Shown: positions 1 to 13,190 of the stretch, in pieces
How positions within the stretch are numbered: position 1 is the first letter of the stretch
Layout of the letters: each line of letters opens with the position of its first letter
Assembly (NCBI RefSeq): GCF_009834535.1
Contig: NC_045696.1
Span: forward strand, 30,196,001 to 30,260,000
Direction of reading: 5' to 3'
DNA: 64,000 bases
Source of the DNA: Camelus ferus
Taxonomy: Eukaryota
Notes under the pieces: generated by a model
What the model was told of the DNA's origin: nothing
The model's input: the letters and a program-made list of their open reading frames with translations, nothing else
The model's database searches: none
Program-made: the position numbers and the translations under genes

Positions 1-116
1 TTTGTACTTTACTGCAATAAGATTTAGGGGGAACTAGATGCAGATAAGGTCACTCCTTCTTCTAACTTGAGCTTGAACTAAAACTTCCTAACATGATTTT
101 TTTAAAACTCAAAGAA

Positions 117-580
117 AGTGTTAGTTTCCTGTTATTGTTGTAACAGATTACCACTAACTTGGTGGCTTACAACACCACAAATATTATCTCATATTTTAGA
201 GTTCAGAAGTCTGAGAATGGGTCTTATGGGGCTAAAAGCAAAGTCTTAGCACCACTAAGTTCTTTCTGGAATTACTAGGGAAGAATCTATTCCCTGCCTT
301 TTCATGCCCCTAGAGGCTGCTCACATTCCTTGGCTAATGGCCTCATCACTCATAGATCTGCTTACTTGTTACATCTTCTCTCTCCTCCTTCTTTCCCTTA
401 TAAGGACCCTTGTGATTACATTGGGCCCACATGAATAATCCACGATTTTCTTCCTATCTCAGGATTCTTAAATCTTAATCACATATGCAGGGTCCCTTTT
501 GCCATATAAGGTGCCATATTCATAAGTTCCAGGGATTAGGATATGGACATCTTTGAGGGGCCATTATTCTGCCTACCATG
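117..580 (-). mobile_element. MaLR solo LTR, MLT1D-like
   Basis: The reverse complement begins ggtaggcagaataatggcccctcaaagatgtccatatcctaatccctggaac, matching the recalled MLT1C/D 5' end, and ends in ggaaactaa. Confidence 0.85.
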
Positions 581-1701
581 AATATGTACACGATTTTACA
601 TCTTCAGTCAACAATCTGGCAAATCATAACTAATTGCTACAGAGGTATTCCATCAATTACATACCATAATTTATTTAACCAGCATATCTGCTGGCATGTC
701 TTCTACCTAACTGGGGAGACAGATGTAAATGGAAATTATTTCAAATAAAAGCTGAAGCTAGGGGAAAAGTTGAGAAAAGCCAAGGCTGAGCCATAGCTAC
801 TTAATTTTGACCATTTCCAGTGGTTTCTGTGAGTTTTATTGATCTTTTTGGCCAACTGAACTTCTACAACTTTAGACATGAATTACTATCCCAACAAGAT
901 TATATATATATAAAATCAGTAAAGAATCTGTAAAGTTACCTAGTGTAATCCCTCATTTTAGAGAAGAGGAAAGAGTTCTAAGGGATTCCAGAGCTCCTAC
1001 AATGTGTCAAAGTAGAGATAAAACCTAAATTCTCTGGCCAATGTGCATTTTATAACAGAATGTGTCAGTTATTTTTAATGTTCATTCTTATGATTAACAA
1101 CAATTCCACAAGATTATACATACAAAGTCTTCCTTTTTAAACAACTATGGTAATCAAAGTCTCTTATGATTCTTGGATATTTGTGATGAGTTTCATTAAA
1201 TTCTTAGATGAGATTGTGTAGCAGTAACAAAGTGGTTAAAGACAAGTATTTGTGACAAGAAAACTGATAGAATTTAGACATATTCTGCAAACCACTTAAC
1301 TCTAAAAATTATGAACATAATGTAAATTTAGTTATTAGTACCTTCCTGAAACTGAAATTTTAGGACTTACAGAATTAGGAGGGAAATGTTGATACCTCCA
1401 AACTTGTAGTCTTTGCCATCCCTGAAATAATTTTGTCTAGACAAGTGAGAAAGGAGTGAGGGAGTCAGCTAAGAGAACTCTCACAGACTACTTAAGGGCC
1501 AGAGTGGAACCTGGTGTTTCCCTTATTTTCTTACATTACTGAGCCCAGTTTTGTGTTTGCTGGAGCTCAGTTGGCACTTGCTGTTAGATTAGTTGAATTC
1601 TAAGTTGCAGCCAAAACAACAACAACAAAAAAAAATCATTGAGAAGATGAGCATGGGGATGTCCATCTCAGGGTCCAGGGTTAGTTTCTTACAGGATTCA
1701 A

Positions 1702-1709
1702 TGACGTCA
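1702..1709. promoter_or_regulatory. Perfect CRE (TGACGTCA) with intact CpG
   Basis: The motif is seen directly in unique-looking sequence. Function is not shown. Confidence 0.3.
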
Positions 1710-3659
1710 GAGCCGTTTATCTCTGTGATGACTCCTGAAAATAGCCTCTCTGCAACATGAAAAGCCTTCAGTTACTGGGACTTTAGTTTGAGCAGTTTTC
1801 TACTTGACAATATAGAGAAGGCAGAATGACTATCCTCTGAAGTTCTTGAAGGCAAAATACGCCTTATAGACACTGACTGTTGATGCAGAAAAACATCTCA
1901 TGTATATATTGATTTATAATGAAAAAAAGATCTTGTCATCACAAATAGATTGTTTATAGAAACCATGTTTAAAAAACAGAACTTCAGATTCTAGTCAAGA
2001 CAGCCATATTATCAGCAATTTTCAGAGACCCAAAGTTGAGATCATTTTTATTATTGAACAGACATTTTCCATCCTATGCTGATCATTATTTATGAGTGAC
2101 TTCAATAGATGAATTAAAGAATTGTGATTCAGAACTGCAGAAATGTATCACTAAACCACTCAATTTTAAAGGAGAAGGCTATGAACCCCTGGGGTGCTGC
2201 AAGCAGCAGCCCAATGTGCTGTGAAAACATATTAACTTCGGAAGGATCTGCTCTACCATCACCATTTGACCCTGAAAAACAACCCAAAACAAGAAAACGA
2301 AGCAGAGCCCTACAGAGGTACAAAATATTTTCTCTTTGAGAAGCACAGCAAAAAATGACTAACACCGTTAGGCACTGAAAAGTACAAAATGCCTTCAAAG
2401 CTGGAGTAATTGGCCATCCGTAGCCACTATCCCTAAAGTAAAGGGCAGGAGAGAGAGAGTGAAAAGAGATGAAAACGACATATCCACGGCAGTTAGTCAT
2501 CCTTCATGGCTGGCTTTTGTTTCCTAGAGGAAATATTAATATTATTTTGAATGTGAATTAGAAAATTTCAGAAGTGTTCTCCCAATAGGATAAGAGGTGT
2601 TTATTCCAATTTGATTCCTTTTTAAAACTATTCCTTTTAATTACTGAATTTTTTCTTATGTCTCCTTGACTTTTTTATATTTATAGTAAAAAAAAAAAAG
2701 ACATATTTTCTACTATTAGAAATAGAAGTAGAAGACACACCCATAATTTGTTTGTGGTTTTGCAAATATTTATGTCTCAGGAAATGAATGAAGAAAAACA
2801 AATATTCTGTTGTTTTATTTTGACACAGTAAGGGTTCCAGTAGCCAGGGAAGAGTTCCCTCCAAAACTAACCATGACAGGGAGCTTTATCCCTGCAGCAA
2901 ACATTTCCTGTTCTATTTATATAGCATCCTGGCACTAGCCAGGGTATTTCCATTTTTCCCTGACTGGCCTTACACTTTGTTTGGAGTCAACCTTGGTAGT
3001 GTCCTACCCTCAGGGTAGCATGGCCATCTACACCATAGCAGATGCATCAGTAATGGTCTAAGTCATTAAGTCTAGCCAAGGAAGCTTCCCCTGTGAACTT
3101 AAGTGCTTCACCATTTTAATTGTCAGTGACATACAGAGAGGGGAACCCTTGATGGAAGTCACCAATCAACCTTTTGTATCATAAGACCTAAACACCTTGA
3201 GATGGAAAGGACAGTGCTATTGGTGTATTTCTTAAAAGGGGACCAATATTCATTCACTTCAGCCCACCATTGCTAAAAGGAATGACAGCGAAACACAGCT
3301 GACTGACAGAAAACATCAACTCTGAGGTGGAATTCTCCTGCCAGTTTTCAACCATCATTAGTACAAGTGAAAAGGAGACTAGAGCCTATCAAAGCTGACC
3401 TGTCATGTGTATGTGGAGGCCGCATATTCTGGGCAGCTGGGGCTGATTACAGGAGCCTTTGTGTTGTCCTAGGCCTTGTTGACACTTACATGTTTTCAGA
3501 GGATCGGTCTTCAAGTGGGGCTCGTGTACTTCTCATACTCAGAGCCACGGGTGGGGGAATGGTAGACTTAGAAGGATGCCTGGGAGGAAATCCAGAAATG
3601 GGACTTGATTTGCCACACTTGGTGTACCATGTGGAAATGAAGGCACCCCTGGAGTAGAT

Positions 3660-4070
3660 AAATACTATTGGTGTAGATACAAAGACACTCACTTCAAGTA
3701 TTTCTAGTAGAGAGAATTTATTCAGGGAATCGGTTATTCACATATTCAGTAGCTGATATCTGAAACACTTGGAGGTTCTCCAGATTTGCATCTTAGGTTA
3801 TTGTTTAGCAAGCCACTGTTATCCTTAGGCTGGAGATAATCTGAAAGGAGGCAGTGTCACTAGAGCCCTGGGGACACTGGAACAGGCATACAGTGGGCTT
3901 ATCCAGTTGGGGCTGAAACCACAGAGAAGATGCAGCCTTGGCCAGAAAGCTTTCTAAGGCTGAAACTGTGACAGCAATATCCTGAATTCTGTCATCAGCC
4001 CTTCAATTTCCTACCAGTGTCTCCTGCTTTGCTACCAACAAAGGGATAGATATGAGGGCATCCAAGGAGA
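3660..4070. mobile_element. Ancient LTR-like remnant (family uncertain)
   Basis: agccactgttatccttaggctggag...gaggcagtgtcactagagccctgggg resembles recalled old eutherian LTRs. Confidence 0.35.
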
Positions 4071-5299
4071 TTTGGGAATAATTTTCAGAGGATCACTGGT
4101 TCTTGGGATTTATAACTGTTTCTTATAACCTGTAACACTGATCCTCTTTCTGGAGGAACACTCTTCCCACTCATTGCCTACTACCAACCCTCGCTTCTAA
4201 CCCCTTTTAGCTGTATAAACAAGCTGGTTAAAAAAACATGATACAAAATCTATGAGCTCTTGTGAAAAGTAGTGATTAAAAATACTAAAAAGTGCTTCCT
4301 CTTAAACATACTGTTGATGGTATGATGTACAGCCAAGAGACATATAAGTATGACATGAATTTCTCAGTTTTACTTTGTACTGAAATCTGTAATATTAAGT
4401 AGAAATTTCTTCTAGATAATGAATCAAGTCATCAAGATAACTGAAAAGAAAAGAAATTCATTTACATTGAAGTTACTAAATAAACTGGTTATTTTTCTTT
4501 TTTCCATGTTTATGATGGCCTTCTGAAAATGGGCTCTGAGAGCATGTAACTTGACACTTTGGTCTCTAATTCAGGAATACTTTGAGAAAGAAAAGTGGCT
4601 AGGTAGAAATTATTAATTTCAATGATGTTAAAAATTCTGCATTGAAGAAAACTTAAATGGAGAAGTACTTTAAAACTATAATTTCTGACTTGAAGAACAA
4701 ATTAAAGTATATTTTTAAAACTTACTCTCAAAAGATGAGTTTTTCATTAGAAGATAGTTGAAACTGTGTTCTAATCTCAAAGCACATGAAATTTCAAATT
4801 CTAAGGAGAATACCTGTACAACAATGTAATTATCTAAGTAGTTTTGAGGAAGAAAAATTTTTTTTCTTTTAATGAAGACTTATTATTTCACTAAATGAAT
4901 CATAATTTGGCTAAATTCAGATTTAATTCAGTGATAATTCAGCTTTTAAAATCTGGGCTTTATCATAGCCTAGAGGAAAGAGGGTGAGCAAAAACATCTA
5001 CAATGATTCTTTGTTATCTTATTACTTCATGAGACATTTATATCATGGGACCAAAGTCTGGTTCTCAGTATTTTATAAGCTGGATGTTGATTTTATCAAT
5101 CTTTCTAGGGATGTTCACATGCTAGTGTATTCATCCAAATGACAATAGGTTAATCTAAAAGTCACAAAGCAATTTTATAACTCTACATAGAGTTATTCAA
5201 ATGTTTAATCATGATCTCCATTTACATCCTAACTCAGTATTTTAGTGGTTGCCTGCATTCTAAAGAATTAAGTTTAATATATTTATCTTGGCATGTAAC

Positions 5300-5644
5300 A
5301 TAGTGACCTTGTTCCAAACATGTTTCTACCCTTATCTGCTATTACTCCTCTTCATACCTGCTATATTTCAGAATTTTTTTCAGGGTCACCTCCTTCTTTT
5401 TATGAGTCAGATACATTAAACCTCCATTATACCTCCACATGGAATGATATCTCTCCTTTCAAGAGATGTTTAAATCTTTTCAGATTCAGCTTATGTTATC
5501 TCCTTCATGAAAGCTTCCTCATGCTACCCCTTGCTTCTAAATGCCAAATGAAGAATTATCTCTTTTCTATATCCTTTTACTTAATATTGTAGCTATGTTT
5601 TTATAGGTTTATTTCCCCTATGATTACACACTTTGAAGGCAGCA
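5300..5644 (+). mobile_element. L2 3' fragment, interrupted by L1 and apparently resuming at ~6180-6240
   Basis: Degenerate L2-type motifs (ttatctccttcatgaaagcttcctcatgctaccc; gattacacactttgaaggcag). Confidence 0.5.
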
Positions 5645-5663
5645 AACAATATATTGATATATT

Positions 5664-6160
5664 CTAAATATCCATGGACAGATGATTGGATAAAAAAGTT
5701 ACGGTGTATGTACACAGTAGAATACTACTCAATAATAAAAAAGAATGAAATAATGCTACTTGCAGCAATGTGGATGAACCTAGAGATTATCATTAAAAGT
5801 AAAGTAAGTCAGACAGAGAAAGACAAATGTCATATGATACCACTTCTATGTGGAATCTTAAAAAAAAGAAAAACGACAAAAATGAACTTACAAAATAGAA
5901 AAAAACCTCACAGACCGAAAGCAAACTTATGGTTACCAAAGGGGGGTGGGGGATAGCTTGAGAGTTTGGGATTAGCAGGTACAAACTACTATATACCGAA
6001 TAGATAAACAAGATCCTACTGTGTAACACAGGGAACTATATTCAGTAGCTTATAATAACCTATATGAAAAAGAATATGAAAAAATATATGTATAACTGAA
6101 TCACTATGCTGTACACCAGAAACTACTACATTATAAATTAACTATACTTCAATAAAAAAG
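5664..6160 (+). mobile_element. 5'-truncated cetartiodactyl-type L1 (ORF2 C-terminus + 3'UTR)
   Basis: Translates to the ORF2 tail PWTDDWIKKLRCMYTVEYYSIIKKNEIM and ends cttcaataaaaaa. Flanked by a degenerate 19-bp TSD: 5645-5663 aacaatatattgatatatt / 6161-6179 aacaagatactgacatatt. Confidence 0.92.
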
Positions 6161-7040
6161 AACAAGATACTGACATATTTATTGCATTCACCATGGTTTT
6201 AAACAAAATATCTTCTACTTAGTATTTTCTCAATAAAATAATAATTTAATTAAATATGCTGAAATTAAAAAATAAAAAGGTAAGCAAGATATTTATACTG
6301 GTTAATCAGTTTGCAAATTATTAAAATATCTGCCTAGAGAACTGTAGAGGATTTTAATTGATAGTTTAATTCAACCTTTTACACCAAAAAAGACATATTT
6401 GCCAAGCAAATACAAACATTTATCTTCAGTGATGTGATTCCTATTCTTGAAGCAAAAGCCAACATATTGCTTAATGCTTGGCACATAAGTAGGAGCTCAA
6501 GAAATGTTGCCTGAGTGCATGCCATTGTCAAATTCTGCCCCTTTGTCTCTCCATTTTTTTTTCCTGCAGACTTCAGGCATGCCTTAGCCTTCTGCTGACA
6601 TTCCACAGAAGAAGTTACAATTAATTAGGTCACGGTTTATCTTACATTGGCTTTATTTTAGTGTCTTTAATGAGATTTGAGAAGCCCCCTTGTGTAATCA
6701 TTCTCGCATTTAGGAACCATCTGTTAGAATGGGTCACTTCTGCAGATGGCTAATCTCATTAATTTATGTTGAATCTTTCCAGCTTCGATATCAGAGTGCA
6801 ATTTTCCTACTAGTTCCCAATCTTTGGAGAACACCTCATTTGGAGTCTTTAGCCATCTATGAACTAGAGAAAGAACTAAATGTACCTTAATTTATACACA
6901 AATCCCAGTTACAGTGAGAAAGATTCACATCATATGAAATACAAGTTAAATTGACTCCACATTTATACAGCCTATTGTTTTTCCCCACAGAGAGCCAGCA
7001 GGCCATTTAGGAAGGTGGTAATTTGAGCCTTAATTAGTAT

Positions 7041-7059
7041 TGACTCAAATGGTGACTCA
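7041..7059. promoter_or_regulatory. Two perfect AP-1 sites (TGACTCA x2)
   Basis: tgactca at 7041-7047 and 7053-7059. Confidence 0.3.
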
Positions 7060-7479
7060 TGACAACTGTGTTCCTTCAGAAATGACACACAATGAGTCCT
7101 ACTGAATTCTTACATCTTCATTTAGTCTTAACATTGGTGATAGCAGAGCTTGAACTATGCACAGAAGTACGTCCACAATTGTCTGTAAAGAACAGTATTT
7201 GGTCTGCACCTTTTCACCTTGTCTTTCTACACTGATTGAATAGTAATGTTACTGAAAATAGTCCTAAATTATATATTTTGCATTAACGGCACTGAAGGCT
7301 TGTACACAAGGACAAAGTGAACCTGAACACTCAAAAGATTTTAGGGAAAGGCAGAATAATCTCAATATCAAAACATGACATTATAAAAAATATATATATG
7401 TATATATTCCACTCATAAAAGCAGAAAATCACTGTCATAAAATGATTTTATTGAAGTGAAGTAGAGAAGGAAGAAAGAT

Positions 7480-7637
7480 GATGAAATGTTAGAACTGAAG
7501 GAACCCTAGCGACCTTCTTAATCATTTTACTTTCCAATAAGGAAATAAATACAGAAGTCTGTTGTGACCTATATATAATCAAACAGTTAATTATGGAAAA
7601 ACAAGGACTAGAATCAAGTGTCCAGATTGTCAGACTC
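7480..7637. mobile_element. MIR SINE remnant
   Basis: MIR-like core: ttagaactgaaggaaccctag...aataaggaaataaatacagaag...ggactagaatcaagtgtcc. Confidence 0.5.
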
Positions 7638-7647
7638 TGTGTGTGTG

Positions 7648-10600
7648 TTTAATAGACTTTATTTTTTTGAGAAGTTTTATGTTCACAGCAAAGTTGAATG
7701 GAAGGTATAGAGATTTCCCATATGCCCCCTGCCCCCTCGTATGTGTAGCCTCCCTTATCCACATTTCCCACCAGAGTGGTATATTTGTTAGAACTGATAA
7801 ACGGACACTGAAAAATAATCACCTAAAGTCTATAGTTTGCAATGGATTTCACTCTTGGTATTGTACATTCTATGGGTTTGAACAAATTTTTAATGACATG
7901 TATCTACCATTATAGTTCCACTGAATAGTTCCACTGTTCTAAAGTCCTCTGTACTTCATCTGATTGTTCTTCCCTCTTCTCTAACCTCTGGAAACCACTA
8001 TTTTTTTTTTTTGCCTCCATAATTTTGCTTTTTCCAGAATAACATATAGTTGGAATCATACAGTACGGAACCTTTTCAGATTGACTTTTTTACTTAGTAC
8101 TATGCATTTAAGATTCCTTCATGTCTTTTCAGTACTCATTTCTTCCTAGTATTGAATAATATTCCATTGTCTGGAGGTACCACAATGTATTCACCCATTC
8201 ACTTATTGAAGGACATCTTGGTTCCTTCCAATTTTTGGCAATTACAAGTAAAGCTGTTATGGACATCTATGTGTAGATTTTTGTATGTGCATAAGTTGTC
8301 AACTCATTTGAGTAAATACCAAAAAGAGTGATTGCTGGATTGTATGGTAAAAATATGCTTAGTTTTATAAGAAATCACCAAACGGTCTCCAAAGTGGCTG
8401 TAACATTTTGCATTGCCACCAGCAGGAATGAGTGTTTTTGCAGTACATCCTCACTAGCCTCTAGTGTTGTCAGTGTTCTGGATTTTGGCTATTCTAATAG
8501 GGGTGTAGTGTATCCTGCTGTTGGTGTTTTAGCTTATATTTCCCTGAAGACATATGATGTGGAACATCTTTTCATATGCTTATTTGCCTTATGTCTATCT
8601 TATTTAATGAGGTGTCTACTAAAATCTTTGGCCCATTTTTTAATCAGGTTATTATTTGTTTTCTTACTGTTTTAAGATTTTTTTTTTAATTTGGGAAAAT
8701 GGACTTTTATCAGATATGTGTTTATAAATATTTTCTCCCAGTTCCCTTTTTCTTTTCATTCACTTTCCAGTGTCTCTCACAAAGCAGGAATTACTACTTT
8801 TAGTGAACTACAGTTTATCAATTATGTCTTTCATGGGTTGTTATTTTGGTGTTGTATCTAAAGTCATTGCCGTATCCAAGATCATCCACATTTTCCTGTG
8901 TTATCTTCTAAAGTTTTACAGTTTTTTGTATTACATTTAGGTAAATTTTGAGTTAATTTGTTTGAAGCGTGTAAATTCTGTCTAGAATCAGCTTTTTCCA
9001 TGTGGATGTCCAATTGTTCCAGCACCATTTGTTCAAAGGATTATCTTTGCTCTATTCTTTTTGTTTTTCACTTTTGTCAAAGATTTGTTGACAGTATTTA
9101 TTTAGGTATATCTCTGTGCTCTTTGTTCTGTTCCATTGATCTATTTGTCTATTCTTTGCTATACTAAATAGACTTCATTACCGTAACTTTATGGGGTACT
9201 TGAAATGGGGTACTGTCTGTCCAACTTTGTTATTCTCTTTTAATATTGTGTTGACTATTCTGCCTTTTGATCTCCATTTAAACTTTAGAATCAGTTTGTT
9301 GATATCATAAAAACTTCTGGGAGTTTGACTGGGATTGCTTGAATCTATAGATCAAGTTCAGAGGAACTTATATCTTGACATACTGAGACTTTTCATTCAT
9401 GAACATGGAGTATCTCTCCATTTATTTAGTTTTTCTTTGCTTTCTTTTGTCTTGTAATTTTCCCCATATATGCTTTGTACATATTTTGTTAATACATAAT
9501 TCTATACCTATATATGTATACCTATATATATACTATGTATTTCATTTGGGGGCATGCGAATGTAGATGCTATTTTGTTTTTAATTTCAAATTTCACTTGT
9601 TCATTGTTAGTATATAGAAAAGTTATTGACTTTTTTTTATATTAACCTTGTATCCTGTAATCTTGATATAACTGCTTTAGTTCCAGGAGGGCTTTTTTTT
9701 TTTTTTTTTTTTTTTTTGGTCAATACCTTAGAATTCTCTGCATAAATGATATGTCATCCTTAAAAAATAGTTTTATTTCATCCTCTCAATAGATATTCCT
9801 ATTAGTTCCTTTCTTCATCTTATTACATTAGATAAGACTTCCAGCACAATGTTGAAATGCAGTGGTGAGAGGGGACATCCTTGCCTTGTTCCTGATCTTA
9901 GTGGAAAATTTTGAATTTATCACTATTAAATATATATTAACTGTAGATGTTTTTGCATAGATATTCTTTATCAAGTTGGGAAAGTTCCCTTCTACTTCTA
10001 GTTTACCAAGAGCTTTTATCATGGATGGGTGTTGGCTTTTGTCAAATGCTTTTTTTTTTTTGGTACCTATTTATATGATTACGTGTTTCTTCTTTTTTAG
10101 CATGTTGATGTGTGGGACTATATTAATTAATTTTCAAATGTTATTCAGTGTTTCATATCTGGGACAAATCCCACTTGGTTGTGGTATATAATTCTTTTTA
10201 CACATTATTGCTAATATTCAATTTGCTAATATTTTGTTAAGTATTTTTGCATCTATGTTCATATGAGATATTGGTCTATAGTTTTCTTATAGTATCCTTG
10301 TCTGGTTTTGGCATTAGGACAATGCTGTTCTCACAGCATGAATTAAGGAAGTATTGACTCTGCTTCTATCCTCTAAAAGGGATTGTAGAGAATTGGCGTA
10401 ATTTTTCGTTAAACATTTGGTAGAATTCACCAGTGAACCTATATGGGCCTGGTGCTTTCTGTTTTGGAAGGTTATTAATTGTTGATTTTTTTTTTTTAAT
10501 ATAAGCCTATTCATACTGTAAATTTATTCTTTTGTGATTTTGAGAAGATTGTTTCTTTCCATGAATTGGTCCGTTTCATCTAGGTTATGAAATTTGTGGT

Positions 10601-10720
10601 CATAGAGTTATTTATAGTATATTATTCCTTAATTATCCTTTTAATGTCCATGGGAGCTATAGTGGTGTCCCCTCTTTATTTCTGATATTAGCAATTTGTG
10701 TCCTCTCTCTTTCTGTGTGT
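7648..10720 (-). mobile_element. L1MC1-like LINE-1, 3' ~3 kb (3'UTR + degraded ORF2)
   Basis: The 3' end aatagactttattttttgagaagttttatgttcacagcaaagttg is typical of L1MC1. ORF2-like peptide MIKALGKLEVEGNFPNLIKNIY at 9828-10022(-). Confidence 0.92.
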
Positions 10721-10879
10721 CTTTGTTTCTCCCCACTGTTACAATATTTTCCTCAAAACTTTATTGCCATAATTTTAGACATCAGTCCTGTCATAATTTT
10801 TGCAAAGTAATTTCACGTAAAATTTCACAACTCAATACTAATTATCTCTATTTTCTTAATTTTTATATGGCTTAGAGAC

Positions 10880-11430
10880 TAGGCTTCTTCAAATACATAG
10901 AGTAGTCCTGGAAAAATATATGGCTTACAAAATAAAAATCATTTTTTAACTCAGGTACAGTCTTTATTGGCCTTATGTTACTGATCTATGATTACTAACT
11001 AATCAGCAATACTTTTAACTGTTCTATGTGGTAAATAATTTTCCCCTTTCAAGCCAAAATGGATAGGGAATGAGAAAGACATTAACAAAAAGTGAAGATG
11101 ATATCTTTATCATTTTGTGCATTTTTATCAATGTACTGGAGAGACAGATAACCAGTTCAGATATTGGCTATGTGAGACATTGCCAATCCGGGAGCAAATG
11201 GCAAAGGACAATGATGAAATAATTTTCTGGCTTTTGAAAGTTCTCTTTGGAAGGGCTATGTGCTCTTTTACTCACATTTTCTGGACTAAAGTAAACTACA
11301 GAGGCAATTCTGATTTCAATACAGTTTGAAGCTAAAACTCCCACAGAAAGAAGCATTCAAATCACATGTCCAGGCCCAATGAATAAGATGGGGATCAAGC
11401 TCTCCCACAAATAGAGGCAGCAAATATTTG
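10880..11430. mobile_element. Old MLT1-type LTR remnant
   Basis: ctcttttactcacattttctggactaaagtaaactacagagg resembles the recalled MLT1J/K motif cttctgctcacatttcattggccaaagcaagtcacatgg. Confidence 0.4.
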
Positions 11431-11642
11431 AGAATAATTCTAGAATCAATTTTAGAACCTATGAGAAATTATCTATACATAGTAGGTAATAAAGTTTAAA
11501 ATTATTAAAATGTCAAGAATTGATTTTTATCAGTTTCCCAATAGTTACGGAACCTACTGTTACTGTTCTAAAGGTATGTTTTATTGATGCCCTACATTTG
11601 AAATTAGTGTCTTCCTTTGAAAACCGAATTGAATAATTGAAT

Positions 11643-11797
11643 AGGATGAAAAAAAGGAAAAAAAGAAGGAAGGAGAGAGAAGAGAAAGAGGAAGAAGAGG
11701 AAGGAGGAAGAGGAAAAGTGGAGGAGGAGATGGAGGAGAATGAAAGAAAGAAAAGAAGAAACATTAAAAAAGAAAGAAAAGAGAAGGAACAGAAAGC
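11643..11797 (+). repeat. Polypurine (GA-rich) low-complexity tract
   Basis: About 155 bp almost entirely A/G. It produces the spurious K/E/R and F/S/L ORFs. Confidence 0.9.
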
Positions 11798-11816
11798 AAG
11801 TTTAATGTATGTATTG

Positions 11817-11928
11817 TAGGGTGACCGACTGTCCTAGTTTCTCCAGGACCAAGGGGTTTCCTTAGGTATGAAATTTTCAGTGCTAAACCTGAGAAAATCA
11901 AGGCAAACCAGGATGGATGGTCACTTTA
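11817..11928 (+). mobile_element. MER81-like hAT-Blackjack MITE
   Basis: TIRs tagggtgacc...ggtcacttta; internal ggggtttcc...ttcagtgctaaa; 112 bp. Confidence 0.85.
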
Positions 11929-12737
11929 GTTGTACACAGCCTTAGTAAAGAAAGACTGTGCATAGAGAAGCAGAATCAAGGAGTAGACAGTGTACGTTGC
12001 CTGTGACAGTTTCATGTATGTTGAAAGAGGACATGCCATCCGTGGGTGAGAGAGGGAAGACTCTTACAGCAAAGGCAGAAGTCAGCATATCAGCATTCTC
12101 TTGTACTCATTCTCGGAGTCCTAATTGTCACAGGGTGACGTGGAAAGTTTAAGGGTATCCCTGGGCATACAACAAGTTGTGTTGCAAGCAAGGGGCTCTG
12201 AGCTTAGGTAACTCAAATCTTTTAAGTATGCAAGAAACTTGACAACATTCTGTTCCTGAGGGAAATATTTTTATTATACTGGATAATAAGCATGCCTCTC
12301 TTTGTCCCTTAATGGAGATATTATCTCTACCTTCCAAGGCGTTTCGTTGTACAAATATTCATGAAAAGATAATCTAGAATAAGGGTAGTGAATGTCTCTG
12401 GTGGCAAGACATACAAATATGTGACAGACTCCTGGAAATACGGCTCCTAACAACTTTTCTAGATTTCTAAAACTGCTATGGGATGCACTTTAGCATTTTA
12501 ATGGGATTTGGGGAGATAAAAATTAATATTCTCTCATATAATTTAATTATTTAATGTATAAGTGCTGCCAAACTTTGGCATAAAGAATTTTTGTGCAGGG
12601 AATTAAAACAGGGGTCTAAGAAATTAAAATTCCTTTTAGTCACACACACACACATACACACATATGAGCATACATTACAACCATTAGGTCATAGACTATG
12701 GTCCTTAAAGACTGGTCTACACAGGAAAGAGTGGTTG

Positions 12738-13190
12738 TGTTACGGAAACAACAGGCCAGTCAAGAAACAAGCACCACTCGGAGGGTTGGAGTACTCAGAT
12801 GTATTACGCCGGCGGGCTCAGAGGGGCTTCTGCTCCGAAGCTCTGAGCACCTCCAAGATGTGTACATGAGGTTTTATAGGGTAAAGTACAAGCTTGGGGT
12901 ATTCGGCCAATAGGCATGGAACAGCTTTAGCAGCATTATCATCACGAAAGTGGAGGCGGGGAGGCAGCAAACCAACATTCCAAAGCCAGATATGTATCTT
13001 TGAAAATCCAGCTGGCTAGCAAAAACACATAAACAGCAAACCAACACTAATTAACCTAGATTTACAAGTTAGTCTAACAGAACTCAGATCAGTATTCCAA
13101 TACTTAGACTTGTTAGCCCCGCCCAGCCTCTCCTTCACATTCCTAGACTTATGAGTTATCTTGTCAGACCAGCCCGGTTTTTCCTTCACA
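12738..13190 (-). mobile_element. Young ERV1-type solo LTR (453 bp)
   Basis: TG...CA termini and a perfect 4-bp TSD GTTG (12734-37 / 13191-94). Minus-strand TATAAAA at 12878-12872, CCAAT at ~12907, GC boxes, variant polyA AATACA at 12805-12800, retained CpGs. Confidence 0.9.

Noticed and set aside
3367..3657. ORF containing LGLVDTY, reminiscent of retroviral integrase
   Set aside because: The similarity is limited to a few residues, with no downstream DDE context.
11513..11819. Charged and hydrophobic ORFs on both strands
   Set aside because: They are translations of a polypurine tract.
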